36,971 bases of DNA from Patescibacteria group bacterium (GTDB taxonomy: Bacteria; Patescibacteriota; Microgenomatia; UBA1400; CG1-02-47-37): contig JAYEMX010000044.1 in the NCBI GenBank assembly GCA_034718535.1, positions 1 to 36,971 on the forward strand, in the 5' to 3' direction. Positions 24,928 through 34,253 of this stretch are shown here, piece after piece. The translations under genes were made by a program, and so were the position numbers. The notes under the pieces are model-generated. The model was not told where the DNA came from and did not search any database. It worked only from the letters and a program-made list of their open reading frames with translations. The stretch's first letter is position 1, and every line of letters begins with the position of its first letter.

Positions 24928-25215
24928 TTAGTATTGAGCAGGACCTCTGTTGAAGTCTTGTCTGGGTTGTGGGGGTCTGGCAACACTAACTCTCATGTTT
25001 CTGCCTTCGTAATCTTTTTCGTTAAACATTTCGATTATTTTATCTAGTTCTTCTTGAGAAGACATTTCTACAAAACCAAAACCTTTAGATCTACCGGATT
25101 GTTTATCTGAAATAACGATGGCATCGACAACTGTGCCGGCTGTAGCGAAAAGTTCTTTTAACTGATCAGCTGTAACAGTATAAGGCAAGTTGCCTACGTA
25201 TGCTTTAAAACTCAT
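24928..25215 (-). CDS. RRM-type RNA-binding protein
   Basis: AYVGNLPY (RNP-2) and KGFGFVEM (RNP-1); 95 aa. Confidence 0.85.
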   Translation of the reverse strand: MSFKAYVGNLPYTVTADQLKELFATAGTVVDAIVISDKQSGRSKGFGFVEMSSQEELDKIIEMFNEKDYEGRNMRVSVARPPQPRQDFNRGPAQY

Positions 25216-25354
25216 GTAATATATTCACCCCCTAACATCGCCTTTTGGGGGCGAAAACGGAAATACTCTTTGATTGTACACAAAAATTAGCAAAAAAGAA
25301 ATGGTTGTTTTTTTATTGATAAGTTTTTTGTTATTTTGATACATTAAGTGAGTA

Positions 25355-25382
25355 TTGATTTTAGCTTAAGCTAATGTATAAT
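25355..25382 (+). promoter_or_regulatory. candidate greA promoter
   Basis: TTGATT (25355-25360), a 16-nt spacer, then TATAAT (25377-25382), with TG directly 5' of the -10. Confidence 0.4.
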
Positions 25383-25394
25383 TTTTAGTTGTTA

Positions 25395-25467
25395 ACTTCA
25401 ATATGCCCGGTGAGGCTGAGTCAATTTAAATTTATTTATCTCCTGTGGCAATTTGAAGTGTTTTTTT
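25395..25467 (+). terminator. long imperfect hairpin plus U7 inside the greA 5' leader (attenuator-like)
   Basis: ACTTCAA (25395-25401) pairs with TTGAAGT (25453-25459). This extends to TGCC (25404-25407) pairing with GGCA (25447-25450). TTTTTTT follows at 25461-25467, 14 nt before the greA ATG. Confidence 0.45.
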
Positions 25468-25480
25468 AGTTTTAATTATT

Positions 25481-25945
25481 ATGAATAGAAATAAAAATTC
25501 TTATTTAACCAAAGACGGATTGAAAGAGCTTAAAAAAGAGCTTGAGTTTTTGGTTGAAGAAAAAAAGCCGAAGCTGATTAAAAGGGTAACTATTGCTCGA
25601 AATCACGGTGATTTATCTGAGAATAGTGAGTACACAGCGGCTAGAGAAGAATTGTCATTTGCCGAAGTTAGAGTTCGTGAGCTTGAAGAACTAATCAGTA
25701 AAGCTAAAATTATTGAGAATTCTAAATCCGATAAAGTAGCTTTGGGTTCTAAAGTAACTGTAAAGATTAATGGTGAGGTTCAAACTTATGAAGTTGTTGG
25801 TGAATTAGAAGCTGATCCAATGAAAAAAAAGATTTCCGATACTTCCCCGCTAGGTAAAGCTTTGCTTGGTAAAAAGAAGGGCAGTAAAATAGAGGTTGAA
25901 GTTCCGGCCGGAAAAGTAAAGTATTACATTGACAAAATAAATTAG
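25481..25945 (+). CDS. greA: transcription elongation factor GreA
   Basis: LT..G...L..EL..L......I......A...GDLSENSEY.AA.E, followed by the C-terminal FKBP-like domain S..SPLG.AL.GKK.G. Confidence 0.9.
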   Translation: MNRNKNSYLTKDGLKELKKELEFLVEEKKPKLIKRVTIARNHGDLSENSEYTAAREELSFAEVRVRELEELISKAKIIENSKSDKVALGSKVTVKINGEVQTYEVVGELEADPMKKKISDTSPLGKALLGKKKGSKIEVEVPAGKVKYYIDKIN

Positions 25946-25968
25946 AAATAAAAGAAATTTATAATTTA

Positions 25969-25993
25969 CCCCGGTCAAGTCCGGGGATTTTTT
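25969..25993 (+). terminator. rho-independent terminator after greA
   Basis: CCCCGG-TCAAGT-CCGGGG followed by ATTTTTT. Confidence 0.8.
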
Positions 25994-26003
25994 ATGATAA
26001 TAT

Positions 26004-27572
26004 ATGCATATGTTCTGGGTAGATAAGTTTGCAAATGAAATAATAAAATCAGGGAAGTATAAACCATATCATGTTGATGATATGAAAACTCCTTCGGGGA
26101 AAGTTCATGTTGGTGCTTTGCGGGGAGTCATTATTCACGGCTTGATCCATAGAGCTTTATTAGATAGAAAGGTTAAATCCAACTATACATATGTGATTAA
26201 TGACATGGATCCTATGGATGGTTTTCCCCATTATTTGCCGAAAAGTTTTAAAAAACATATGGGAGAGCCATTGTTCAAAATACCAAGTCCGGAAAAAGGC
26301 TATGTTTCAATGGCGAGGTGTTATGGGGATCAATTTATTAAAGTGTTTAACAATTTAGGATTTAGGCCAAAAATTATTTGGTCTAGTGAATGGTATAAAA
26401 AAGGTAAGTTTGACGGGGTAATAAAAGAAGTGCTTGATAGTGTAAAAAAGGTTAGAGAATTATATCATAGTGTTTCAGGGTACAATAAGCCAAAAAATTG
26501 GTATCCATATCAAGTAATTTGCCCTAAATGTGGAAAAGTCGGGACTACGATTGTGACTGATTGGGACGGTGAAAAAGTTAGTTTTGAGTGTAAAAAAAAT
26601 CTAGTTAAGTGGGCTGATGGTTGTGGGTATAAAGGTAAAATTGAGCCGACTGGAAATAACGGTAAGTTGATGTGGAAAGTTGATTGGGCGGCACACTGGA
26701 AAATAATCGGAGTAACAATTGAGGGAGCCGGCAAAGATCATATGACCGAGGGTGGTTCACATGATTTGTCTAGTGCTATTTGTGAAAAAGTGTTTAACTA
26801 TGAAACCCCTTTTAACTTTTTATATGAATGGTTTTTAGCTAAAGGTGGAGCAAAAATGTCGTCATCTAAAGGTGTGGGTACTTCGGCTAAAGAAATCAGT
26901 AAAACTTTACCTTTGGAAATTCTAAATTTCTTGTTAATTAAAACTTCTTATAAAAAAGCAATTATTTTTGATCCTAATAATAATGATTCTATTTTAGATT
27001 TGTTTGATAACTATGATAAAGCAACTAAACTTTATTATAGCGAGGGTATAAAAAATCCAATGGCAAGAGCTTGGCAATTATCTCAAGTTGAAGAAATTTC
27101 TAAAAAAGCTGTATTTTTGCCTCGTTTTAGAGATGTAGTTAACTATACTCAATCTTCTTCGTTAAGTATTTATGATAGATTTGAAAAGATTAAGGGCGGT
27201 AAGTTGGGTAAGTTAGATAAAAAAGAGCTTGATAAAAGAATAAAATTTGCCAAAATTTGGATTAAAAATTATGCCCCCGAAGAAAAGAAAGTTGGAGTAG
27301 TGAATGATAATGTAAAAGTTGTTTTATCCAGTAAGCAGAAAAAATATTTAAAGTTGGTGGTGGAGCTGATTGATAAAGAGTGGAAGGCTGAAGATCTTCA
27401 AGAAGTTCTGTATTATACTGCTAAAGAAAATAAGATTGATGTTAAAAAAGCTTTTGAAGCTATTTATTTGCCTTTGACCGGTAAAAAATATGGGCCTAAG
27501 GCGGCTTGGTTTTTATTAGATCTTGATAAAAAAGTCATAATTGAAAAATACAATAAAATTATTAAGGAGTAA
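26004..27572 (+). CDS. lysK: class I lysyl-tRNA synthetase
   Basis: PSGKVHVGALRG (HIGH-like), the Cys cluster CPKCGK...C, and KMSSSKG (KMSKS). The length and layout match archaeal-type class I LysRS. Confidence 0.85.
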   Translation: MHMFWVDKFANEIIKSGKYKPYHVDDMKTPSGKVHVGALRGVIIHGLIHRALLDRKVKSNYTYVINDMDPMDGFPHYLPKSFKKHMGEPLFKIPSPEKGYVSMARCYGDQFIKVFNNLGFRPKIIWSSEWYKKGKFDGVIKEVLDSVKKVRELYHSVSGYNKPKNWYPYQVICPKCGKVGTTIVTDWDGEKVSFECKKNLVKWADGCGYKGKIEPTGNNGKLMWKVDWAAHWKIIGVTIEGAGKDHMTEGGSHDLSSAICEKVFNYETPFNFLYEWFLAKGGAKMSSSKGVGTSAKEISKTLPLEILNFLLIKTSYKKAIIFDPNNNDSILDLFDNYDKATKLYYSEGIKNPMARAWQLSQVEEISKKAVFLPRFRDVVNYTQSSSLSIYDRFEKIKGGKLGKLDKKELDKRIKFAKIWIKNYAPEEKKVGVVNDNVKVVLSSKQKKYLKLVVELIDKEWKAEDLQEVLYYTAKENKIDVKKAFEAIYLPLTGKKYGPKAAWFLLDLDKKVIIEKYNKIIKE

Positions 27573-27574
27573 AT

Positions 27575-28351
27575 ATGGTAAAAAGAGATGAGTTAGTTAA
27601 ATTTATTCACCAAACAATCGGTGAAGAACTTATTGAGAAGGGTTTGCAAAAAGATGAAGTTGCTAATGGAGTACAGTTTTCCGGAAGTAAAGATGTTGAA
27701 AAAGTGGTGCTTGGGGTTAGTTCAAATGAAGACTTTTTAAAAGAAGCTGTTAAGTCTGGTGGGCAATTTTGTATTTTTCATCACGGATATGATCCTAGAG
27801 TGTGGAAATCTAGAATTCCAACCTATTCACAAAAAAGATTAAAAGTAATTATTAAAAATAATCTAACAATTATGGGCTTTCATTATTGTTTAGATGCTCA
27901 TCCTGAATTTGGGAATAATGCCACTATTATCAAAAAACTTGGGGCAAAAATAGATAAACCATTTTGGGAAGAGTGGGGTTATACGGCCAAATTCTCTACC
28001 CCACAAGAAGTTAATAAGTTGTCAAAAAAATGCGCTGAAATTTTTGAACATGATATTTTTGCAGTTTTATCCGGACCTAAAAAAATTAAGACAATCGGAG
28101 TTGTGTCTGGCGGAGCTAAACCATATGCCCAGAATATAGCTGAAATGGAGCAAAAGGATGTTGAGCTTTTTATTACCGGTGAGACTAGTGAGTCAATCCC
28201 CCATAAAATGAAAGAGTCTGGAATTAATTATTTTGCAGGCGGGCACTATGCAACCGAAGTGTTTGGAGTTCAAGAACTTGGTAAAAAGATTAAAGAATAT
28301 TATAAAGATAAGTTAGAAGTAGAGTTTATTGATATTCCAAATGAGATATAA
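27575..28351 (+). CDS. Nif3-family dinuclear metal-centre protein (GTP cyclohydrolase 1 type 2 homolog)
   Basis: NG.Q......V.KV.LGV....F...A......F.I.HHG..., ...D.H.E.GNN, and GGHYATE near the C-terminus. Confidence 0.7.
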   Translation: MVKRDELVKFIHQTIGEELIEKGLQKDEVANGVQFSGSKDVEKVVLGVSSNEDFLKEAVKSGGQFCIFHHGYDPRVWKSRIPTYSQKRLKVIIKNNLTIMGFHYCLDAHPEFGNNATIIKKLGAKIDKPFWEEWGYTAKFSTPQEVNKLSKKCAEIFEHDIFAVLSGPKKIKTIGVVSGGAKPYAQNIAEMEQKDVELFITGETSESIPHKMKESGINYFAGGHYATEVFGVQELGKKIKEYYKDKLEVEFIDIPNEI

Positions 28352-28366
28352 GTATAATAGTCGAAT

Positions 28367-29638
28367 ATGTTAGATATTAAATTTATCAGGGAAAATCAAA
28401 AATTAGTTGAGAAGGCTGCCAAAGATAAAGGAATTGATTATAAACCAGTAGCTCAGGTTATTGAACTTGATAAAAAAAGGCGCGAATTACTTGCCAAGGT
28501 TGAAGGTTTAAGGGCTTTGAGAAATAAAATAACCAGAAATGATATTGAAAAAGGTAAAGAGATAAAAGTTAAACTTAAAAAAATTGAGCCTGGTTTAAGA
28601 AAAATTGAGGCTGAGTTTAAAAAAGTAATGTTGATGATTCCTGGAATACCGGATAAAAGTGTTCCGGTGGGAAAAAATGAGGAAGATAATAAAGTAGTTA
28701 AAACTTGGGGTAAAAAACCTGAGTTTTCTACCAAAGGTGGACAGGGGTTTAAGCCAAAAGACCATGTTGAATTGGGAAAATCCCTGGATTTATTGGATCT
28801 AAAGAGAGGGGTTAAAGTTGGAGGGTTTCGGGGATATTTCTTAAAAAACGAGGCGGTTTTAATGCAAATGGGAATAATGCAATATGCAATGAATAAGTTG
28901 ATTGAAAAGGGTTTTAAGCCAATGATTCCGCCAATGATTGTAAAAAAAGAGACTTTAATAAATACAGGCCATTTTCCGTGGGGAAAAGCAGATGTATATA
29001 AAACTTCCGATGATGAAGCCGGGCAAAATGAGCGCTTTTTGGCCGGAACAGCTGAAGTGCCTTTGGTCAGCTATCATGCTAATGAAACTTTAAATGAAAA
29101 AGATTTGCCGATTTTGTATGCGGGATTTTCTTCTTGTTATAGACGAGAGGTGGGTAACTATGGTCGAGATACAAAAGGGGTTTATCGAGTTCATGAATTT
29201 ATGAAAATAGAACAAGTGGTAATTTGTAAAAATGACATGAAAGAGTCTTCGGAGTGGTTGGAAAAATTATCCTCTTATTCTGAAGAAATGTTACAAGAAT
29301 TAAAATTGCCTTACAGAAAAATGATGATGTGTACCGGTGATATGGGTGAACCTCAAATCAAGAAGTATGATATTGAAACTTGGATGCCAGGAAGAAATAG
29401 TTACGGAGAGACCATGTCTGATTCGATCATGGGTGAATTTCAATCACGAAGAGCAAACATTAAGTATAGAACTAAAAACAATGAAGTTAAATTTGTTCAT
29501 ATATTAAATAATACGGCTTTGGCAAGTCCGAGAATATTAGTGGCTATTTTTGAAAATTATCAACAAAAAGACGGATCAATTAAAGTACCTGAGGTTTTAC
29601 AAAAATATGTTAATAAAAAAATATTGGTTAAAAAATGA
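28367..29638 (+). CDS. serS: seryl-tRNA synthetase
   Basis: MLDIKFIREN, an N-terminal coiled-coil arm, FLAGTAEVPL, CYRREVG (motif 2) and LNNTALASPRILVAI.EN.Q (motif 3). Confidence 0.9.
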   Translation: MLDIKFIRENQKLVEKAAKDKGIDYKPVAQVIELDKKRRELLAKVEGLRALRNKITRNDIEKGKEIKVKLKKIEPGLRKIEAEFKKVMLMIPGIPDKSVPVGKNEEDNKVVKTWGKKPEFSTKGGQGFKPKDHVELGKSLDLLDLKRGVKVGGFRGYFLKNEAVLMQMGIMQYAMNKLIEKGFKPMIPPMIVKKETLINTGHFPWGKADVYKTSDDEAGQNERFLAGTAEVPLVSYHANETLNEKDLPILYAGFSSCYRREVGNYGRDTKGVYRVHEFMKIEQVVICKNDMKESSEWLEKLSSYSEEMLQELKLPYRKMMMCTGDMGEPQIKKYDIETWMPGRNSYGETMSDSIMGEFQSRRANIKYRTKNNEVKFVHILNNTALASPRILVAIFENYQQKDGSIKVPEVLQKYVNKKILVKK

Positions 29639-30300
29639 AGTTTAAGTATTGGTGGAGAAATTTTACTCAAAAAGAAGTTTTAAAAGAAATTAATTCTCCA
29701 ATTAACGGCTTAATTCAAATAATTAAAGTGTTTGATAAACCAAGACTAATGATTGGAGGAATGATTCAATCTGGTGGATTGGTTAAAAAAATTTGGGAAA
29801 AGGCTATTAATAAAATTGTTAAGGATGACCTTAAAGTAAAAAATGCTTTAATAATCGGCTTGGGTTGCGGTGATTGCGCTTTTCAAATTCAAAAAAACTT
29901 TCCGAAAGCTAAAATGACTGGAGTAGAGATAGATAAGTATGTAGTAGAGTCAGCAAAATGTTTTTTTGATTTAGCAAAAGTTAAAAAATTAAAGATTTCT
30001 ATTGCTGATGGAGTTAAGTTTGTGGATAAAAAAGTTAAATTAAAATCAAAAGAAAAGTTTGATTTGATTATTGTTGATGTTTATTTGGGTCAAGAGATGC
30101 CAAAAAGTTTTAAGACCAAAAAGTTTTTTAAGAATTTGAAAAAATTGATGTTAAAAGACGGAGTAGTAATTATTAATCATTTGTTTTTTAAAGATTATAA
30201 AAAGAAAGCTAAAAAGACTATTGAAACTCTTGATAAAGTTTTTAAAACAATTAAACTGCAAAGAATTGCCAGTAATTTGTTGATTTTCGGATATGTTTAA
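29635..30300 (+). CDS. class I SAM-dependent methyltransferase / spermidine-synthase-like protein
   Basis: ALIIGLGCGD (motif I), VEID (motif II) and DLIIVDVY. It overlaps serS by 4 nt. Confidence 0.5.
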   Translation: MKFKYWWRNFTQKEVLKEINSPINGLIQIIKVFDKPRLMIGGMIQSGGLVKKIWEKAINKIVKDDLKVKNALIIGLGCGDCAFQIQKNFPKAKMTGVEIDKYVVESAKCFFDLAKVKKLKISIADGVKFVDKKVKLKSKEKFDLIIVDVYLGQEMPKSFKTKKFFKNLKKLMLKDGVVIINHLFFKDYKKKAKKTIETLDKVFKTIKLQRIASNLLIFGYV

Positions 30301-32992
30301 GTTTTTAGGGAAGATTCTTGATACTAATCAACGCGAGATAAAAAAATTAAAGTTATTAGTGGAAAGAATAAATGAATTGGAGAGTAAATATAAAAAAATA
30401 AAAAAATCTGATTTTAAAAAAATTACTTTGGATTTTAAAAAAAGATTAAAAAATGGGGAAAAGTTAGACGATTTGATGATTGAGGCTTTTGCTTTGGCTC
30501 GTGAGGCTGCTTTAAGAACAATTGGTTTAAGGCTATATGATGAGCAATTAATGGCGGCTATTTGCTTTCATCAAGGAAAAGTTGCCGAGCAAAAAACAGG
30601 AGAAGGAAAAACTTTATCCGCTGTTCCGGCTCTTTATCTTAATGCTCTGTCGGAAAAAGGCTGTCATTTGGTAACGGTGAATGATTATTTGTCTAAAAGA
30701 GATGCCGGTTGGAATGGGGTAATTTTTGATTTATTGGGGGTAAGCGTAGGAGTAATTGTTCATGAAAAAGGTTTTGTATTTGATCCAAAATATAAAAATA
30801 ATAAAGTTGATGATCCCAGGTTGATTCATTTAAAGGAAGGTAATCATTATGAAGCTTATAGGGCAGATATTACTTATGGAACCAATAATGAATTTGGTTT
30901 TGATTATTTAAGAGATAATATGGTTCAAAAACTTTCACAAATGACTCAAAGAGGTCATAATTTTTGTATTGTTGACGAGGTTGATTCAATTTTAATTGAC
31001 GAAGCTAGAACTCCTTTGATAATTTCCGCTCCCGATACCGAACCAACCGATAAATATATGCAGTTTTCTTTATTGGTCAATAGTTTATCTCGCGATACTG
31101 ATTTTGAAAGTGACGAAAAGCATAAAACAGTTAATTTAACCGAGCATGGGATTAAAAAAATTGAAAAAAAATTAGGAATTGATAATTTGTATGAGAAAGA
31201 TTTTGATACTATCCATCATTTAGAACAAGCCTTGAAAGCCCGTGAACATTTTCACAAAGATAGAGATTATGTTATTAAAGAAAATGAGATAATTATTGTT
31301 GATGAATTTACCGGTCGGTTAATGTTTGGTAGAAGATATTCCGAGGGATTGCATCAGGCAATTGAGGCTAAAGAGAGTGTAACTATTAAACAAGAATCAA
31401 AAACATTGGCAACGATTTCGTTTCAAAATTATTTTAGAATGTATAAAACTTTGGCCGGTATGACCGGAACAGCGGCAACCGAAGCTGAAGAGTTTAAAAA
31501 GATTTATAATTTAGAAACTGTAGTAATTCCAACTCATAAGCCTTTGATTAGAAAAGATGCCTCTGACATGGTTTTTAAAACTACCAGAGCCAAGTATGGA
31601 GCCATTGTTAAAGAGGTTGAAGAAAGACATAAAAAAGGTCAACCGATTTTGATCGGCACTACTTCTATTTCGAAAAATCAGATTATTGACAAGTTTTTAA
31701 AACGTAAGAAAATTCCACATCAGGTTTTAAATGCTAAAAATCACTTAAAAGAAGCCAGTATTATTTCTCAAGCCGGAGCAATTGGAGCTGTAACGGTGGC
31801 CACCAATATGGCCGGACGAGGAGTAGATATTGTTTTAGGTGGTGACCCAAATGAGTTGTCTAAAAAGAAGTGGCAAAAACAGCATGATAAAGTTCTTGAG
31901 GTGGGGGGTCTTCATGTAATTGGAATTGAAAGACATGAATCTCGAAGAATTGACAATCAGTTAAGGGGTAGGGCGGGTAGGCAGGGTGATAGTGGTTCAA
32001 GTAGATTTTATGTTTCTTTGGAAGATGACATTATGCGAATTTTTGGCGGGGAACAAATTAGTAAATTAATGACTACTTTAAAGATGCCTGAAGATGTCCC
32101 CTTGGAACATGCAATGGTGACCAAGGCTATAGAACAAGCTCAAATAAAAGTTGAGGGTTTTCACTTTGATTCAAGAAAACATTTGGTTGAGTATGACGAT
32201 GTGATGAATAAACAAAGGGAAATTATTTATAGAAAACGAAGGCAGGTTCTTGATGTGGCCGAGCAAGATAAATCTAAAGAAAAATTAAAAGATAAATTAT
32301 TGCAAATTTTGACTAAAGAGCTTGACTTAATAGCTGGCAATGGAGTTAATCCCGAAACAGGTGAAGTTGATAGTAAAAAAATAGTAACTGATTTTAATTT
32401 AATTGTACCGTTTGATCCAAGATCTCAAAAAAGATTAAAAGAACAGGTTAAAAAATTATCTACCGATAAAGAAATTAGTAATTTATTGTTTAAAACAATT
32501 GAAGGGGTTTATAAACAGCGAGAAAGTCAAACCGGTGAAGGGTTGATGAGGGAAATGGAAAAGTTTGTTATGTTATCGACTATTGATAATTTATGGATTA
32601 ATCATTTGGATGCCATAGATGATTTAAGAGAAGGTATTGGTTTGAGGGGTTATGCTCAAAGAGATCCTTTGGTTGAGTATAAGGCTGAGGCATTTAGCAG
32701 TTTTGAGCAATTGATGGGGACAATTGATTATGAAATTGCAAGAAGAATTTTTAGGGTACAAATTACCCAAAGGACTCAACCACAAGCACGAGAAATAAAA
32801 GAAGAAGCTCCAGCTATGCAGGCAGATAAAAAAAGTGCTTTTGCTAAAGCGTTTGCCGGAGCTGGTCAATCTCCAGGACCTGCGAAGACTGTCTTTGCAG
32901 GTAAAAAGAGAAAGAAAATTGGGAGAAATGATCCGTGTTGGTGCGGGAGTGGGAAAAAATGGAAAAAATGTTGCTATCCGAATAAGGGGTAG
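30293..32992 (+). CDS. secA: preprotein translocase ATPase SecA
   Basis: MRLYDEQL...GKVAEQKTGEGKTL (Walker A), CIVDEVDSILIDEARTPLIIS (DEAD-like), TNMAGRGVDI and RIDNQLRGRAGRQGD. The C-terminal zinc motif is CWCGSGKKWKKCC. Confidence 0.95.
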   Translation: MFKFLGKILDTNQREIKKLKLLVERINELESKYKKIKKSDFKKITLDFKKRLKNGEKLDDLMIEAFALAREAALRTIGLRLYDEQLMAAICFHQGKVAEQKTGEGKTLSAVPALYLNALSEKGCHLVTVNDYLSKRDAGWNGVIFDLLGVSVGVIVHEKGFVFDPKYKNNKVDDPRLIHLKEGNHYEAYRADITYGTNNEFGFDYLRDNMVQKLSQMTQRGHNFCIVDEVDSILIDEARTPLIISAPDTEPTDKYMQFSLLVNSLSRDTDFESDEKHKTVNLTEHGIKKIEKKLGIDNLYEKDFDTIHHLEQALKAREHFHKDRDYVIKENEIIIVDEFTGRLMFGRRYSEGLHQAIEAKESVTIKQESKTLATISFQNYFRMYKTLAGMTGTAATEAEEFKKIYNLETVVIPTHKPLIRKDASDMVFKTTRAKYGAIVKEVEERHKKGQPILIGTTSISKNQIIDKFLKRKKIPHQVLNAKNHLKEASIISQAGAIGAVTVATNMAGRGVDIVLGGDPNELSKKKWQKQHDKVLEVGGLHVIGIERHESRRIDNQLRGRAGRQGDSGSSRFYVSLEDDIMRIFGGEQISKLMTTLKMPEDVPLEHAMVTKAIEQAQIKVEGFHFDSRKHLVEYDDVMNKQREIIYRKRRQVLDVAEQDKSKEKLKDKLLQILTKELDLIAGNGVNPETGEVDSKKIVTDFNLIVPFDPRSQKRLKEQVKKLSTDKEISNLLFKTIEGVYKQRESQTGEGLMREMEKFVMLSTIDNLWINHLDAIDDLREGIGLRGYAQRDPLVEYKAEAFSSFEQLMGTIDYEIARRIFRVQITQRTQPQAREIKEEAPAMQADKKSAFAKAFAGAGQSPGPAKTVFAGKKRKKIGRNDPCWCGSGKKWKKCCYPNKG

Positions 32993-33008
32993 CCTACAAG
33001 GAGAGTCC
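32993..33008. repeat. 16-nt motif CCTACAAGGAGAGTCC, copy 1 (after secA)
   Basis: Identical to 33489-33504. Here it is followed by a CCCCGA-TCAAA-TCGGGG hairpin. Confidence 0.85.
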
Positions 33009-33078
33009 CCCGATCAAATCGGGGTGGGTTTGAAGGTTCTTGAGGGTTTGAGGGGAAAATTTTTGGTATACTAAAATT

Positions 33079-33486
33079 ATGAGTTATCCAGAGCCAACTG
33101 TGGGGGCGTTTATAAGAAATAAGAAGGGTGATGTTTTGTTGGTTAAATCCCCTAAGTGGGGTAATGGTAAATTATGGACGGTGGCTGGCGGACATGTGGA
33201 AATTAATGAAACTATTGAAAAGGCTGTTGAAAGAGAAATTAAAGAAGAGCTTGGTATTGATGTGTTTTTTCAAAAAGTATTTGCGGTTTTTGAATCAATT
33301 TTTGATAAAAACTTTTTTAAAAAGAAACATTTTATTTTTTTGGAATGTGAATGTTTTATGGCAAAAGATCAACAAATTAAAGTTGATGGTAAAGAAATTA
33401 CCGAGGCAAAATGGTTTACTTTAAATAAAGCGTTAAAATTAAATTTGGAAAAGTACACTAAAAGGTCTTTAAAACTATTACTATAA
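33079..33486 (+). CDS. NUDIX hydrolase
   Basis: Nudix box GGHVEINETIEKAVEREIKEELGI (Gx5Ex7REUxEExGU). Confidence 0.8.
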   Translation: MSYPEPTVGAFIRNKKGDVLLVKSPKWGNGKLWTVAGGHVEINETIEKAVEREIKEELGIDVFFQKVFAVFESIFDKNFFKKKHFIFLECECFMAKDQQIKVDGKEITEAKWFTLNKALKLNLEKYTKRSLKLLL

Positions 33487-33488
33487 GA

Positions 33489-33504
33489 CCTACAAGGAGA
33501 GTCC
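33489..33504. repeat. 16-nt motif CCTACAAGGAGAGTCC, copy 2 (after the NUDIX gene)
   Basis: Here it forms the 5' arm and loop of a 10-bp hairpin, ACCTACAAGG-AGAGT-CCTTGTAGGT (33488-33512). Confidence 0.85.
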
Positions 33505-33538
33505 TTGTAGGTTGTTACTATATAATAGTGAGGTGTTT

Positions 33539-34240
33539 ATGTCTAAATTAATTAATCAAGTAAGAAATGAGTTAAAGAAATATATTGACGTGGAGTATCG
33601 GGATGGGGAGAGAAGATTTTTTAAGGAAAAGGTAAAAAATTATGGAGTGAGAACTCCTAACCGACGAAAAGTAGCTAAAGATCTACTTTATTTAATTAAA
33701 GACTTAAAAAAAGACAAGGTTTTTAAAATTTGTGAAGAAATGTTAAAAAGTAAGTATAGCGAGGAAGCTACAATTGCTTTTGATTGGGTTTATAGAAGAA
33801 AAAATGAGTTTGAGAAAAAAGATTTTACTGTTTTTAAAAGGTGGGTTGAGAAATATGTTGATAATTGGGCCAAGTGCGATGATTTTTGTACTCATAGCTT
33901 GGGTTTTTTAATAAATAAATATCCGGAATTATCAAAAAAGTTATTTTTATGGACAAAAAGTAAAAATAGATGGGTAAAAAGGGCATCGGCGGTAACCTAC
34001 ATTTATCCGGTAAATAAACCAAAGGCAATTAATTGGGTGATGAAAACCGCTAAAGCCTTGTTAATGGATTCTGATGATATGGTTCAAAAAGGTTATGGCT
34101 GGATGTTAAAAGAGGCCAGTAAAAATCACTTAGAAAAAGTTTTTAATTATGTAATGAGTGAAAAACACCGAATGCCAAGAACGGCTTTAAGATATGCTAT
34201 TGAAAAAATGGATAAAAAGAAAAAACAAGCAGTTATGTAA
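33539..34240 (+). CDS. DNA alkylation repair (AlkD-like HEAT-repeat) protein
   Basis: The pattern ..FFKEKVKNYGVRTP..RK.AK......E..I.F.W........W....DNW...D.....L........L..W..S.N.W..R...V matches the family as I recall it. The ATG at 33539 with a GAGGTG RBS is preferred over the TTG track start. Confidence 0.55.
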   Translation: MSKLINQVRNELKKYIDVEYRDGERRFFKEKVKNYGVRTPNRRKVAKDLLYLIKDLKKDKVFKICEEMLKSKYSEEATIAFDWVYRRKNEFEKKDFTVFKRWVEKYVDNWAKCDDFCTHSLGFLINKYPELSKKLFLWTKSKNRWVKRASAVTYIYPVNKPKAINWVMKTAKALLMDSDDMVQKGYGWMLKEASKNHLEKVFNYVMSEKHRMPRTALRYAIEKMDKKKKQAVM

Positions 34241-34253
34241 AAACAATGTTATT

